64,000 nucleotides of DNA, taken from the NCBI RefSeq assembly GCF_006345805.1, contig NC_043008.1, positions 1,240,001 to 1,304,000 of the forward strand. Reading direction: 5' to 3'. Of this stretch, positions 13,084 to 26,597 are shown piece after piece. Made by a program: the position numbers and the translations under genes. This stretch comes from Octopus sinensis (lineage: Eukaryota). The notes beneath the pieces are model-generated. The model did not search any database. It saw only the letters and a list, made by a program, of their open reading frames with translations, and was not told the DNA's origin. The first letter of the stretch is position 1. The number at the start of each line of letters is the position of its first letter.

Positions 13084-15340
13084 TAGTGTGTGTGTGTGTG
13101 TGTGTGTATGTGTGTGTGTGTGTGTGAGTGCCTATATAATATGTAACCACATAGAACCATACATATGTATATATGTATGTATCTACCTATGCATGAATGA
13201 GATTACGTGCGCGCGCGCTTGTTTATATATGCGAAGCGATATATGCAAATGCAAATGCAAATAAGCACGCCCATGTATTTACAGATAGAACGAGATGGTC
13301 TGAGAGAGGGTGAGTGACTTATAGAAAGTAAGTGAGAGAGGCGGGAATGAATTTGCAAAAAGGAAATAGAAGCGAATGAAAAAAAAATCCTTTTAAATGA
13401 TTTGAATAATGAGGCTATATGAAAAATGGTGGTCATGTGGATTTTTTTACCTCGGGAGAAAATTACACCAAGAAACGCTTGATGTCGTGAGAGAAAAAAA
13501 TTGTTACATTCATTCTAATTTTTCTATATTATTTTCTACATTGCAGATTCCAAATGACAGGATTTATAGATTGATCTTTGTCTCTTCAAGTCAGCAAATA
13601 TATTGCTTAATTTTATTGAAAATTTTTGAAATTGTGAAAACAACTTTGCATATGCATTTCTGTTATATTCTCATAAATTATTATGTTCATCTACATATAT
13701 GGAACCTTAAAATATGTTGAATTACTTCAAAACGTAATCCCTAATTCATACATTTTGTAATTTACCAGATAAATGAACCAAAGTGGTAGCTTTTAATGGT
13801 CATCTGTTTTCTTCGAAATTGTGGTTCCCGACCTCTCAAGTAGTATTGGGTTGTTTCACATGAAATCGCATTTTTAATTACTTGTTATTTCAGTCATTTA
13901 AAAACTCAATTATGTATACCTTGCATTTAGTCTTAACTCTTTTTTCTTTCCCCACAATATTGGTATATAAAATTCGTACCGACATTACTTATGAAAATGA
14001 TAACAAACAATGTAAATAAGGGGTTACAAAACAATTTGAAGACGAAAAAAATTCGAGGGCAACACTTGGAACTCGGACCCACAAATTCTGTAAACATGGC
14101 AAGTTCGAGTCACCTGGGTAGCCTTCGATATTTTCTGTCCCATTTCCTTGTTTAAACGCTTTTATCTCTAGCGTTACGTGCTTCCAGTTTCACAGTTCGA
14201 AAAAATGTATTATATGCATATGTGCGCTTGCGTGTGTGTGTGTGTGTATGTATGTGTTTGTGTGTGTGTGTGTGTGTGTGTGCGTGGAATGTAATCTCTT
14301 CTCTCTCAGTCAATGAATTTATAAACTAATTGCTTTGAACCAGTGAAAGCTGGCCAATAGCCTACTAATCGTTCATTTAATGATGGCGTTGACTAACATC
14401 TTGTCCAGCTTACATACTCGATTGCACTCTGTGGTTAATTTTGAACAAAACAATGATATATCACCGTCTTCTAATCTTGTAATAAATTACATCGTAGTAG
14501 AATTATACTTTTTTGCTGAACTTAAAATGTAATAGCTAGAAGAAAATGACAAAGAAAAAAAAAAACAATGAAAATTGTGATACACAGTAAATGTATAAAA
14601 GAAGACAAACGAAATTTAAGTATTCGAACAAATACATAAAGAAAACAAAAATCAGGGATAATTTGAAAGGAATCTAGCATGAAAGCAATATATAAAGGTC
14701 AGTGATGAAAGAAATTACGGTCTTTAACATCGTCTGTTGTTTAACCAATGACTTAGTATTTACTTAGAGCTATAGTTTTGGTCTCGGTTAATAGAGATTA
14801 ATGGAGCAAAGCTTGTAGCGCTAGTTAAAAATAAAGAAAAATTAGGCGATCTTCAAAGATGAAAGAAGGTACGATAGGTAGAAGGTCTACTTCGAATAAT
14901 TTCCATCAGTAAAGTATTGTCCAAACAGAATTTTTATTATCATTTGTTGTTGTTGTTGCTATTCGTTAGCCTCCAGTCTGTTCTTATCGAGAAGAGGTTT
15001 CAACAGTTGCTGTCCTATATTTATTTATACAAGGAACTGTATTACAAAATAGTATCTTGTATACCTGAAATCGTATTGTCAGTTTAAGTGAAATGTGGTT
15101 TTTATTTTTTGTTTTCTTTTTAAGCTGGTGCATCTGTGGAACCTCTCACTGTGGCTGCTTAGACTCTGTCCAACTCTAATCACCGACGTCTATCTATTGT
15201 TTAATAAATTCTTGCTTTTAATCTCTTGTTATTTTAATACAGTAAGGAGGGGATATTCAAAGCCGATTTTGTTGCGATTTGTCACTTCAATATCGAATTA
15301 CAATGCGGAGCATCTCCTGCTCGCTATTATGACCAACCTT

Positions 15341-15757
15341 AGGCGGCGGGCTGGCAGAAACGTTACCACGCCGGGCGAAATGCTTTGTGGTATTTCCTCC
15401 GACGCTACGTTCTGAGTTCAAATCCCGCCGAGGTCGACTTTGCCTTTCATCCTTTCGGGGTTGATAAATTAAGTACCAGTTACGCACTGGGGTCGATATA
15501 ATCGACTTAACCCGTGTGTCTGTCCTTGTTTGTCCTTTCTGTGTTTAGCTTCTTGTGGGTAGTAAAGAAACAGGTATTTCGTCTGTCGTTACGTTTTGAG
15601 TTCAAATTCTACCGCGGTCGAATTTGCCTTTCACCTTTTCGGGGTCGATAAATAAAGTAACAGTTTCGCACTGGGGGTCGATGTAATCGACTTAATACAT
15701 TTGTCTGTCCTTGTTTGTCCCCTCTATGTTTAGCCCCTTGTGGGCAGTAAGGAAATA
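15341..15757 (+). mobile_element. SINE family A dimer (head-core-tailB + core-tailB) with target-site duplication
   Basis: A box tggcagaaacg, B box gagttcaaatccc. Internal junction gaaaca|ggtatttcg at 15572/15573. TSD tattatgaccaac at 15325-15337 and 15758-15770. Confidence 0.92.
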
Positions 15758-17069
15758 TATTATGACCAACTTTCAAAGGGAGAGAACCACCATTTGTAAT
15801 TTACGTGAAATGAGTCCTTAAAACTGTTGCTGTTATTCCCGCTGTTGTTTGGAAACTGTCGAAAACGTAGTCTCCATTGTGTCTGCAGTGAACAACATTG
15901 AATGTTTTATAGAATATATTTTATATTCGAGAGGTTTCTCTCTTTAAATCCTGACCGATTTTTCTTTGATCTTTCTAGATAATGAAATGGGGGAAGGAGT
16001 AGTTATAATTGTCACTTTAATTATGCTCTACTATCAATCAACAGAAAATAATTGTGCTTCCATTCAAATTATAGCTACGTCGTAACTGCCCATTAACAAC
16101 TATAGCTACCTTTAAAAAATGTATCTGTTCCGGTTTCCAACACATGGTGTTAGCCTTCGTATATTATCGGACATATGTACCAACACAACATCCACTTACA
16201 CATTTCCAGAATACAAATGCACAGTTAAACAAGCACACACTAATTAGGATGTGAATATATACATATCGGCGTCTTTATACATTCTCGTCTTTTAAGATGG
16301 AAACGTACATATATACACCAAGTTGAAATAGGTAGAGACAGAGGCAAATATGAACAGAAACGCTATGTATTATTCGTAAATATGTATTTATTTCCATGTG
16401 AAATTATAAAGTTTTCACATAAAACAGGAACTTTAGAAGTTAGTCACCCTACATTCATATATTTAGAGACCTATGAAGGATTATGTATTTTGATATGTTG
16501 TTGTAGAAGCCATGCATGTGTCTCGTCTACTTACAGTTGTGCAGACAAACAATTTCGTGAGTAATGCGACTGTGCATTGTAGCACTTCATGTTTATAGTA
16601 GTTGCTTTCTATACAAAATACAACTGTTGTGGCCTTCTTGTATATCTACGATAAGTAAGATATACTGGATGCTATTCTACACTGGAAACCTGTCACTCGT
16701 AAAAAATGCACGTGCAGACACGCACACACATACACAACTCTTGGGGCACACACGCGATGTACACAGCGCTTCAGTGACTCTTAACGTAAGGAACCAAGTC
16801 CCTGTCAACATTTCTACTCCCATAAGCAGTTGATTTACCAGCTTGACGCAGCATACAATTTACTTTCAATCCGTCCCCCCACAACAAAATACATATTTGA
16901 CTAATTGAAATTGTTTTTCAAACTTTGTCTTACGCAAGTATTATAAAAATGGTCTTATTGTTACACAGTTACACATGTATGTTGAAAACGCAAACGCAAA
17001 CACGCACGTTCATCTAAACCCGTATATGTATGTGTGAGTGTGTGTTTTTGTGTGTATACGTATATGTAT

Positions 17070-17215
17070 GTTCAAAGTTCAAATTCCGCCAAGGTCGACT
17101 ATGCTTGCCATCTTTTCGGGGTCGATAAAGTAAGTACCAGTTGAGTAGTGGGGGTCGATGTAATCAGGTATTCCCCTTCTCCCAAAATCCCAAGCTTTGC
17201 GCTTATAGTAGATAG
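17070..17215 (+). mobile_element. 5'-truncated SINE family A copy with tail A
   Basis: aagttcaaattccgccaaggtcgactatgc...ttcggggtcgataaagtaagtaccagttgagtagtggggtcgatgtaatc...ccccttctcccaaaat. Confidence 0.7.
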
Positions 17216-18316
17216 CATTATTTAACAGATAATCCAACCATGCCTCTCCTGTCTTTTGAGCGGTACATATGAATTTACTTGCGAATATATCAGTTTATCA
17301 TTGAAGATGTGAAGGTGAAGATTGCGGTAGATTTAGTTGCAATTTCTAGTTGGTAGAACGAACACGCGGTGGTTCCCCCGTTGACTCGTAGACAGGCAGC
17401 TAAGTAATAAGGTAGATGGAAATAGCTGTTAAGTAGAAACATAATTCTTCTGAATGCATTTAGAAACATACGCTGAATAGATTTACAGTAATATGTGATC
17501 TGAATGTGATATAAAAGGTCTCAGCGGAAAGCTATTTTCGTAGTGAACAGAGAGGAGAGGGAATAAATAAATCATACAGATTGTAATTTTCATTTGTATC
17601 GATACATCACTCACTCACTCTCTCAGCTAATGATCAAACGTTCTCACTCACTTAATGATCAAACGATTCACTCATTTGATTCCTAAGGGCTCTTCACATT
17701 TCTGCATCTAATATAAAAGAGCCTACGCTACTTGATATGAGTGTCTTTGCATTTACATCTAAAAGGAAAGATCGATACGATGATAACGTAAATTCGATGA
17801 GGCTAAGTCTTTAAAGAGGAATATCGAAGATAAGTATACCGAGATTGGAGCCTAATAAAATATATATCCGTATGTAACGACCCGTAATTTTTCCTTTTAT
17901 TAAATTTAATAATGCGGCTGTTCATATATATACATTGTTGTTCTTTACTGGATCACGATAACTATCGCTCCAGTATTATATACAAATCAAATACAAGCGA
18001 GGCAAATAATACCCATTTACAATCATCATATCATCATAACATATTCTCGAAATAGCTTGTCGATGCCTCTGCAGAGATAACACAAGCACATGCGCATTCA
18101 CACATTTACGCATCACTCTCTCTCTCACTCTCTCTCTCTCTCTCTATTTATACACACACACACACACATATATATATACATGTATGTATGTATACCAAAA
18201 ACGATCAAGGCTCATTCCCGTGCCATAGGCTCATAACGGTTGGTTTCTCGGATTCTCTGGCATGTATCATTCCTTCTAGATAGGAAATCATTCCGTTGCA
18301 GCATTGTTCCTTTTTG

Positions 18317-18437
18317 CTAGTTGTGCGGACTGGAGCAAAGTGAAATGAAGTGTCTTGCTCAAGACCACAACGTATCGCCCGGTCCCGGAACCAAAAATAC
18401 GATGAGTATAAAAAGCTCTAACTCTTAAGCCACGCGC
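18317..18437 (-). mobile_element. Third tRNA-derived SINE family (C), degraded
   Basis: Reverse complement has gcgcgtggcttaagagttag (A-box-like), ggttccgggacc (B-box-like), then gtggtcttgagcaagacacttcatttcactttgctccagtcc. Confidence 0.5.
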
Positions 18438-18489
18438 AAGGACACGTAACACACACACAGTGATACTTATAACTGTTTCTTATTTAGAC

Positions 18490-18625
18490 ATAAAGCCAGC
18501 AATTTTCAATGAAGGGTAAAATCGACCTTTTTGCATAGGTAATACTTTTATTTTATCGACTACGAAAAGAAGAACGACAATGATGGCACTGACAGGTATT
18601 GAAATCAGAACGTGAAGAACCGCGC
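18490..18625 (-). mobile_element. Heavily decayed SINE family A copy
   Basis: Residual matches ttttatcgactacgaaaagaag and gtattgaaatcagaacgtgaag to the family A core on the minus strand. Confidence 0.45.
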
Positions 18626-18844
18626 TTCAGAAATGTAAAACGCAGTTAGAGACCTACTATTTCTTCCATGTAAAAATCACCTTCTCTAATATTTAACCCT
18701 TTTTTTTGTCGTTCCTGGTCAAGGATGACACCAAATTATTCTGAAAATTATTTTAGCCGTTACGTCTATATTTGCAAACGTACGTATTGTAAACTACAAT
18801 AAGACAGCCTTGGTTAGTGACTATTTCAAACAGCTTATATGGTT

Positions 18845-18990
18845 AGGTTCTGAGTTCAAATCCATTTGACGTTAACTCGTCTTCTTTTCATCCTTCCTGG
18901 GTCAATGAAATACCAGTCAAGTATTGTCTTCGATGTAACTGACATACGCTTATTCCCTCGAAGTAGTTCGCCTTGTGCCAAAATTAGCAA
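18845..18990 (+). mobile_element. Decayed SINE family A copy
   Basis: gttctgagttcaaatcc...ttttcatccttcctgggtcaatgaaataccagtcaagtattg. Confidence 0.5.
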
Positions 18991-19290
18991 CAAAATTTCT
19001 CCACTCAACATTGATAATTGTGTGCCAAACGTATATTATAAATTACATTCGATAATTTTACACCCATCTTGCTTAAAAAGAAAAGCGCTGACTTTAGGTT
19101 TTGAGGGATCTCTAGCTAGTATTCAGATCTGGATGTGCTGAATCTGTAAAATCAGTAATCCGGAAACAGTTTTTGACCTATGGACCCCTTTCATTCCGAG
19201 TTCACTCTCTGGACCTCTGTAGCTCTTCTCTGTTTACATATAAAACAATCTTACTGTATTTTTTATAACTGAACATAATTGGTTTCAAAT

Positions 19291-19480
19291 GTTGGCACAA
19301 GGCATGGAATTTTGTGGAAAGGGTTTTTTAATTGATCATATCGAACCCAGTGTCCAAGTGGTACGTAATTTATCCATCCCCGAAAGCATGAAAAGCAAAG
19401 TCGACTTCGGCGGAATTTGAACCCAGAACGTGCAGACAGGCGAAATGCTGCTAAGCATTTGGCTCGGCAAACCGCCTTAA
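19291..19480 (-). mobile_element. SINE family A copy with tail A
   Basis: ttggcacaagg...tcgaacccagtgtccaagtggtacg...ccgaaagcatgaaaagcaaagtcgacttcggcggaatttgaacccagaacgt. Confidence 0.75.
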
Positions 19481-19509
19481 TAATTGAATATTATTGGGAA
19501 TTGTGTTCA

Positions 19510-19660
19510 GGCGGTGAGCTGGCAGAATCGTTAGTCCTTACGTTCTGAGATCAAATACCACCCAGTTCGACTTTGTCTTTCATCCTTTCGGATGAACAGG
19601 GGTCGATGTGATCGACTTATCCCTCCCCACAAATTTCAGGCCTTGTGATTATAGTAGAAA
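19510..19660 (+). mobile_element. SINE family A copy, internally deleted, tail A
   Basis: aggcggtgagctggcagaatcgttag...acgttctgagatcaaatacc...ggggtcgatgtgatcgacttatccctccccacaaatttcaggccttgtg. Confidence 0.7.
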
Positions 19661-19759
19661 TCATCATTAGGAACTGTATAAAAACCAGAAAATATTTCAC
19701 AATTACGGAGATGTAATTGCATAGCAAGTAGCCTGATCTCAGATCATGTGCTGAAACAA

Positions 19760-19974
19760 AACAATTGCAGCGTGGAAGGTGTTGATAAGCCATTTAAAAA
19801 CACACAAAAACCGTTACATTCCCTTCAACATTTCAATTTAATTTGCCAAAATATTTTTATCGCTTTGAAACCGCGAACTGCTCACTAACAAATTAAATTC
19901 AAGTGTTGAAATGAATCTAACGGTTTTTGTGTGTTTTTAAATGGCTTATAAACACCTTCCACGCTGCAAATGTT
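19760..19974. mobile_element. Palindromic MITE-like element (86-bp inverted arms, 43-bp spacer)
   Basis: 19760-19845 versus the reverse complement of 19889-19974: 7 mismatches in 86 bp. Confidence 0.8.
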
Positions 19975-20574
19975 CAAAATATTTCGTGTGTTGTAGGAGT
20001 GCAACGAATTTATTGCAGAATCGTTTTAACTATAAAATCTTACATGAATCCCTAAGAGTCGTATGAACCCCGGTTGAAAACCACTGCTGCAAACGCCTCC
20101 TTAGCTGATGCTCTTTTAGCTCCAGTTCAGCGACGCAGAAGCCACATTGTGAAAGGATTTCTAGGTGTGATCATCCACTCTTAATTTTCCGACGTATAAC
20201 ATTCAGAGCAGTGTTATGCAATATACTTTCCCTGGTTTATAAATACCAGAAGAGGTGGAGGAGGAGCGATCTTTTTGCATAAACTTACACAATCATTGAT
20301 AAACCATTCGTGTTTTCTATGTGTAATCGTGTATTCTGAAATGTAGGAAATGGCAAGCCATGTGTTTTATACGTTCGGTTTGATCTTTTATCATTAATGT
20401 AGTAATTTTCAAAATCGTTGTCTGATTAAAGACGGCGTTATCTTGCGATCTTTAAATATTGCAGAAGAGAATTCCAACTTCTGCCGTTGTTGCTGCTGTT
20501 GTTGCTGTAGTTAATGCTGCTGCTGGTTCTACCGTTTCTGAAAGTGGTTACCGGGAATGAGCTCTCTAGTAACG

Positions 20575-20637
20575 AGATTACTACTACTACTAAAACTACA
20601 AATACTACCATCACCAGCATCACCACTAATACAACAT

Positions 20638-20670
<33 letters not shown>

Positions 20671-20836
20671 GTACTACTGCTACTGCTGCTGCTGCTGCTG
20701 CCCTATAGCTGCTACTCTACTACATTTTACTACTATTGCAACTTGGTGCACCACCACCAAAACTACTACAGCAGCAATTACTACTGCTACTGCTGCTGCT
20801 AGTATTACTACTGCTGCCAACGCTAATGATAATGAC

Positions 20837-20884
<48 letters not shown>

Positions 20885-21035
20885 AGCGATGATGATGATG
20901 GTGGTAGTGGTAGTGGTGTGGTGAAGATGATGATGATGATATTGATGATGATGATGGTGGTGATGATAATAATGATGGTGGTAGCGGTGGTGCTGTCGAC
21001 GACGACAATGATGACGGTGATGATGGTGATGATGG

Positions 21036-21081
<46 letters not shown>

Positions 21082-21120
21082 CGACAACGATAACGACGAC
21101 GACGACGATGATGATTATAT
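20575..21120. repeat. Trinucleotide microsatellite mosaic (ACT, GCT, GAT, GGT, GAC)
   Basis: Direct reading of the tracts. Confidence 0.95.
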
Positions 21121-22122
21121 CGGCAGAGATCGAAAATGAAAATTGTTTGTTTTCATTTGTTTCGCTTTATGTCGTTCGAAGTTTAGGCTATATAAAATTA
21201 ATAATATAATAATAATAACAACAACAACAATATTATTTCGCTGGCGAAAGCTCGAACGAAATCAACAAGATAATCTCCGTTGTAGTTGAACAATCAATCG
21301 ATAAATACATATAAAGAGCTAAAACTGAAATATATTTCATCATAAAGTAAATATTTGTGTTGTAGCCGTTTTTGTGTTGGTGTTGTGTTGGTTTTGTGCG
21401 CGCTTTCTGTGTGTTTTAAGTGAGCATGGTGAAAGACGGCAAGATTTTAAAGGGAGATGGCTATCTTTTATTGATTGCCATAATATTTGTGCACGTGTTC
21501 TTTTGAAATTGAAGCAAGCAAGCTTTGCTCAACCTTTTCACCGGTTAGGAAAACAAATTCGGATACATAAACAACTCTTCGAGATCATGTCAACACGCTT
21601 TCACACACTCAAGGGCACATACACACAAAAAATATGTTATATATATATATATATATGTATGTGAGTGTGTGTGTGTGTAAGCACACACATAAGCATACAC
21701 ACACGAACAATCATATCCATACACACAAATATACACTGGAATACACACACACACACTTATACACGGGAACATATATTCATATTCGTTTGTAGTGTTATCA
21801 TGCATATAATAAGCTGACATCTACACAACCACACACACACACATACAGAGGCAAGCACGAAATCGAACAGGATTATGCAAAGAAAACGTTGAAAAATACG
21901 CATAGAAACATACACACACACAAATACATACCCATAAATGTATATTTGTGTATGAATATGTACACTCTGACAGACAAACATATATATAGGCATATATATG
22001 AATACATATATATAAATAATTTACACATACATATGCATATACATACACATGCATCAAATGTTCAACATATACACACAGAAACATACATACATTATATACA
22101 TATATATATATAATATATATAC

Positions 22123-22153
<31 letters not shown>

Positions 22154-22165
22154 ATATACATAAAC

Positions 22166-22218
<53 letters not shown>

Positions 22219-22224
22219 ATATAT

Positions 22225-22255
<31 letters not shown>

Positions 22256-23489
22256 TATATATACATAAACATATATATATATATAAACCTATATATATAT
22301 ATACACGCACACTATATACATACACACACATGTATATATATATATATATACATACATACACATATATGTATGTGTTCATATAATACATGTATGTATGTGT
22401 TTATATATATATATATATATATATTCATAACAATGTGCCCTTCGCTAGGAACAATATTTCTATGATGGCTACATACACGTACACGCATTCTTACTCGCTA
22501 ACGCATCATGTAATGTACAATAAACTTGCACACGACATTTTCTTACGCATCGTAGCCCTAACCTACATACATACATACGTACATACATGCACACGTCATA
22601 CACACATCCATTGTCGCTCACACATACAGAACTCATAGACACACCAACGGGAATTCACAAAAATAGAGCGAAGATACATGCTTACACACATATATAGAAT
22701 GGCATAGAACTTATCAACAAGTGTGAATACATGACAAGTGAATGTACAACATTCCAGGCGAGCTGAGTTCTCATTAATTGAATAAGAATCCAAAATCCCC
22801 AAATCATTTATGTGTACTTAACAATAATGCAAGAGCTGAATCAATAAGAGACCACTAACAATAAACCATCAACAACAACAACAGAAACAACACCAGTGTA
22901 TTTACAATTTTGACACGATCGAAATCTACTGGGACAGCATTCAAACCGAGTAAGGCATATATTACATTTCTACCGCTTCCTCAGTAGAGGGCATTTGACA
23001 TAAACACCCTGTATATCATAGCGATCAGCAATACAATTTTCAATGCTTATAAAAACACACCATCTTTTTCTCTGCCCATACCACGCTGAACGTTTATGCT
23101 TTTGACAGCGTGCTCCATTCAACGGGTTAGTATATATACACTTGTGTATGTTTTGCATCATATATATATATAGATATATATATATATATATTGTATATCG
23201 AAAGTATGCTGCTTCTCAATGTACATATAGATTCAATAAACGTTCCTAGAATAACAAACAAATAAAATATAAAGCACTGAATTTTATGCACATAGTCACA
23301 CATACAAAAACGCCTGTGATATTTCGGTATTTGACTAAGCTGTTGGAGGATGGTAATAAACGTTAGGTATCCATAAAAAATCTCTAGCTCTCCTTTTGCA
23401 TGCATGTTGCATGTGTGTGTGTCTGTAGGTACGCATGCAAGTGTAAACAGGAGTGTATGTATGTGCCATGTTGATTCGTTAGCCCCTGC

Positions 23490-23670
23490 AAGCATTTTTT
23501 CTCTCCTTGTTTCTCTCCGTGTTTCTTTTCTCTGTATCTTTCTGGTGAAGGACGTAGCCTCGAAACGTAAAATACTTGTTTTATTTCTATTCCTGAGCGC
23601 CATACTAATACAATTGTTTGTTTGTACTCCACCTGCCTTCGTCTTTTGTTTATTCTCGTAAATCTTCCTG
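23490..23670 (+). mobile_element. Penelope-like terminal repeat remnant with decayed minimal hammerhead, abutting (TA)n
   Basis: tcttt-ctggtga-agg-acgtag-cct-c-gaaa-cgta-aaat at 23537-23573 (core A6 changed to G; palindromic ACGU stem III). The element ends at a (TA)n tract. Confidence 0.45.
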
Positions 23671-23671
23671 T

Positions 23672-23718
<47 letters not shown>

Positions 23719-24501
23719 AGAGAGAGAGAGGAGAGAGAGAGAGAATCCGAACAAAGAAGAATAAACAAGAAAATACAATAACGCCAGTCATGCACAGAAT
23801 GGTGTATGTGAAAGTCAACGATTACTAGGATTATCTGCAAGGTAGACAAGTCGAATAGTGTCAAAGATATATTAGAGCCTCCATAGATCTCTTTTGCTTT
23901 TCTTATACTAATCATTGCCGCTGCCTTCACTACGAGATCAAAGCTCAAAATATACTGGAACCATCTTTTTGGAGTCGATAATGAACTTAGTCATATATTG
24001 GTGGTATCATTTTCTCTTTCCGACTATGTTTTTGTCTTTCTAGAAGACGTTGGCCGTGATGAAACCTGAAGCACTTTTGTCCCACCATTTCCATGTATAC
24101 CCAAAAGATAAGATGATTCCCAAAGAAGCCTTTCCAGGTATATTCAGGTGTTAAGAAGCTGCAGTCAAAATAAGGCAAACAGGGAGAGAGTAACCGACGA
24201 AAATGAAGAATGCAGTGTAGAGAATTGTTATGATAGGAAAACAACTGTTATTATGTTGCCGTAGGGCCACATTTAAAATTATGTATAGGTGGATATTTGA
24301 ACGGATAAATAGACTGGTGACCAGGTAATATTTATTTGATGAATATTAATAATTGCGCACAAAATAAATTAGATGAAGAAAAGAAAAATAGCTCAAAGAT
24401 GTATCTACCCATACACACATACACATATATTATATATAAATATATTCATATACATTTACAATTATGTATGTATACATTTATATACATACATATACATATA
24501 G

Positions 24502-24550
<49 letters not shown>

Positions 24551-24632
24551 CATATATATATATATATATACATATATATTATATATATACAATATATATG
24601 TTTATATATATTATATATATATATATATAATA

Positions 24633-24739
<107 letters not shown>

Positions 24740-26193
24740 TATACATACATAACACGCACATTCATACTCCCGTATACACTAATATATGTGTGTGAATATG
24801 TTCTGTGTGCGGCGCTTTTTATATAGATATCTGTCCACTTCGACAAAATTCTATTGAAGCTGTTGTAATTAAGTTTTTCTTTACTGTAATAGTTCAATAT
24901 ATTTCTATAAAAAAATATGAATTTAGAAGAATAAAAAAAGCGGAAACAAACGAACGACGATTCTACTTTTTAAATTTCAATTATGAAAACTAACTAACAA
25001 TATTTTCTATTCCAATTCAATATTTCTCCCATGAATTGTTATTCACCTTTGTATTGAAGATGTTGTTCCAAGGTACGTTTTGCTGTGAATATTTAGACAT
25101 TTTGCAATATATGATTCACTGGTTCGTGAAAAATGTATGATTATGAAAAGACCAAACTAACCGTTTATTTCAGTTCAAATGATCGCTTTGTATACTATAA
25201 TAGAACTTAAACGTTTCGGGGAAAAAAGTTTGATAAATATAAGTTAGCTATGCATGCACTTCCCTATCAACATAAATACATAAATATAGACATACAAATG
25301 TGAATTTGATTTACTTATCTTCGTTCCAACGACGGAGCTTTGTACCTTTGACAGAAACCAGCTCTCGGAGGAAGCTCTGGAATAATTAAAAACAGAAGAC
25401 AACACAAGCATACACATACATCGATTTATATACTCACATATAATGTCATTATAATGACCGTATTCTTTTGATGTTAAGTAATCAGTATGATTAGAAATAA
25501 CTGGGTGGTTCATATATTAGTATTACAATCGTGCAGCTTCGGATCTGAGTCCATTGTATTACATCTTTGTGAAACGAGTCTTTTCGATTTTAACTCTGGT
25601 CATCCATTCGCATTTAAGTTAAAATTGCCTTCTGCTGCCCTCCACAGGATCGAAAGAACGACGTAGGCTGTTGCAATCAAGCTGGAAACGGTAAATGCAT
25701 TAGCTACCATGAAGTAGAGCACAAACAATGACTAAAATTAGCAAGAGAACACTATTAATTATTCTATCAGAGGTTTATTTTTCCTACAGAAACTGAAATA
25801 ATGTTATATATGCTGTACTCATAATAAATATTCACCAGCGAAGCAGATGCGCAAACGACAATCAGTGAACGATAGAGAGATAGGCTTTCGTAAAATATTA
25901 ATGACATATCGAATGTAAGGAGATCATCAGAACACTGTGCCAATAGATAGTAAATTTTCTCATGAGAGATTGATAGAAATCGTTATCACATTAATAAAAT
26001 TCAATTTAATTGAATCCTCATTCTTCTTCATTTCCAGAATTGGCAGAACATCTCTTACTTTCAACTTAATGTATTTTAACATTAGTATTTAAATTTTTTT
26101 TTCAATTCTATCTTTTGCTATCAATATACATACATGTGTGTATAATATTCTACGTGAGAATGTAATGACTATGCATGGCTACATCGTGTGTGA

Positions 26194-26246
<53 letters not shown>

Positions 26247-26268
26247 CATGTGTAAGTGTGTGTGTGTG

Positions 26269-26303
<35 letters not shown>

Positions 26304-26311
26304 TGTGTGTG

Positions 26312-26593
26312 TACATTGGATTGGCAAAAAATTAATTTCGGATTCTGCTAACAGATTTACAATATCTTTGAATGACTTTTGTCAGTGTTATGATTATTTT
26401 CCTTTTGACATTGGATACTCTTATTTTTAGCTTAACTTAGATGCAAAGTGCGCGTAATTTTGATTACAGCTGTTAGTTAAGTGTCAATTTTAACATGAAT
26501 GGCAAAAACGAACATTTTCGCCATATTTTACTTTTTCATTTCTGTAAAGGCAAGAAAAATGCTGAAGTTCACAAAGAGAAATGTGAAGTTTAG
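26312..26593 (+). mobile_element. mariner relic, 5' end (TIR plus transposase N-terminus)
   Basis: TIR-like tacattggattggcaaaaaattaatttcgg. 26495-26593 encodes MNGKNEHFRHILLFHFCKGKKNAEVHKEKCEV*, matching the mellifera-subfamily N-terminal pattern EHFRHILLFYFRKGKNA. Confidence 0.8.
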
Positions 26594-26597
26594 TGTT

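Larger units (their letters stand above)
19153..20086. mobile_element. Possible hAT-type non-autonomous DNA transposon hosting nested repeats
   Basis: Right end ggttgaaaaccactg (20072-86; reverse complement cagtggttttcaacc, hAT-like). Left end is degraded (cagtaatcc...). Subterminal motif tatggacccc (19179) recurs as tatgaacccc (20062). Confidence 0.35.

Noticed and set aside
23880-24250. TM plus TIR-like reading (ISFAFLILIIAAAF...VVSFSLSDYVFV) and NDK-like KTLAVMKPEA in a possible exon 24044-24137
   Set aside because: Needs frameshifts and stops, motif spacing does not fit TIR, and residues after the NDK-like motif do not match; splice-like signals exist on both strands without a consistent exon chain.
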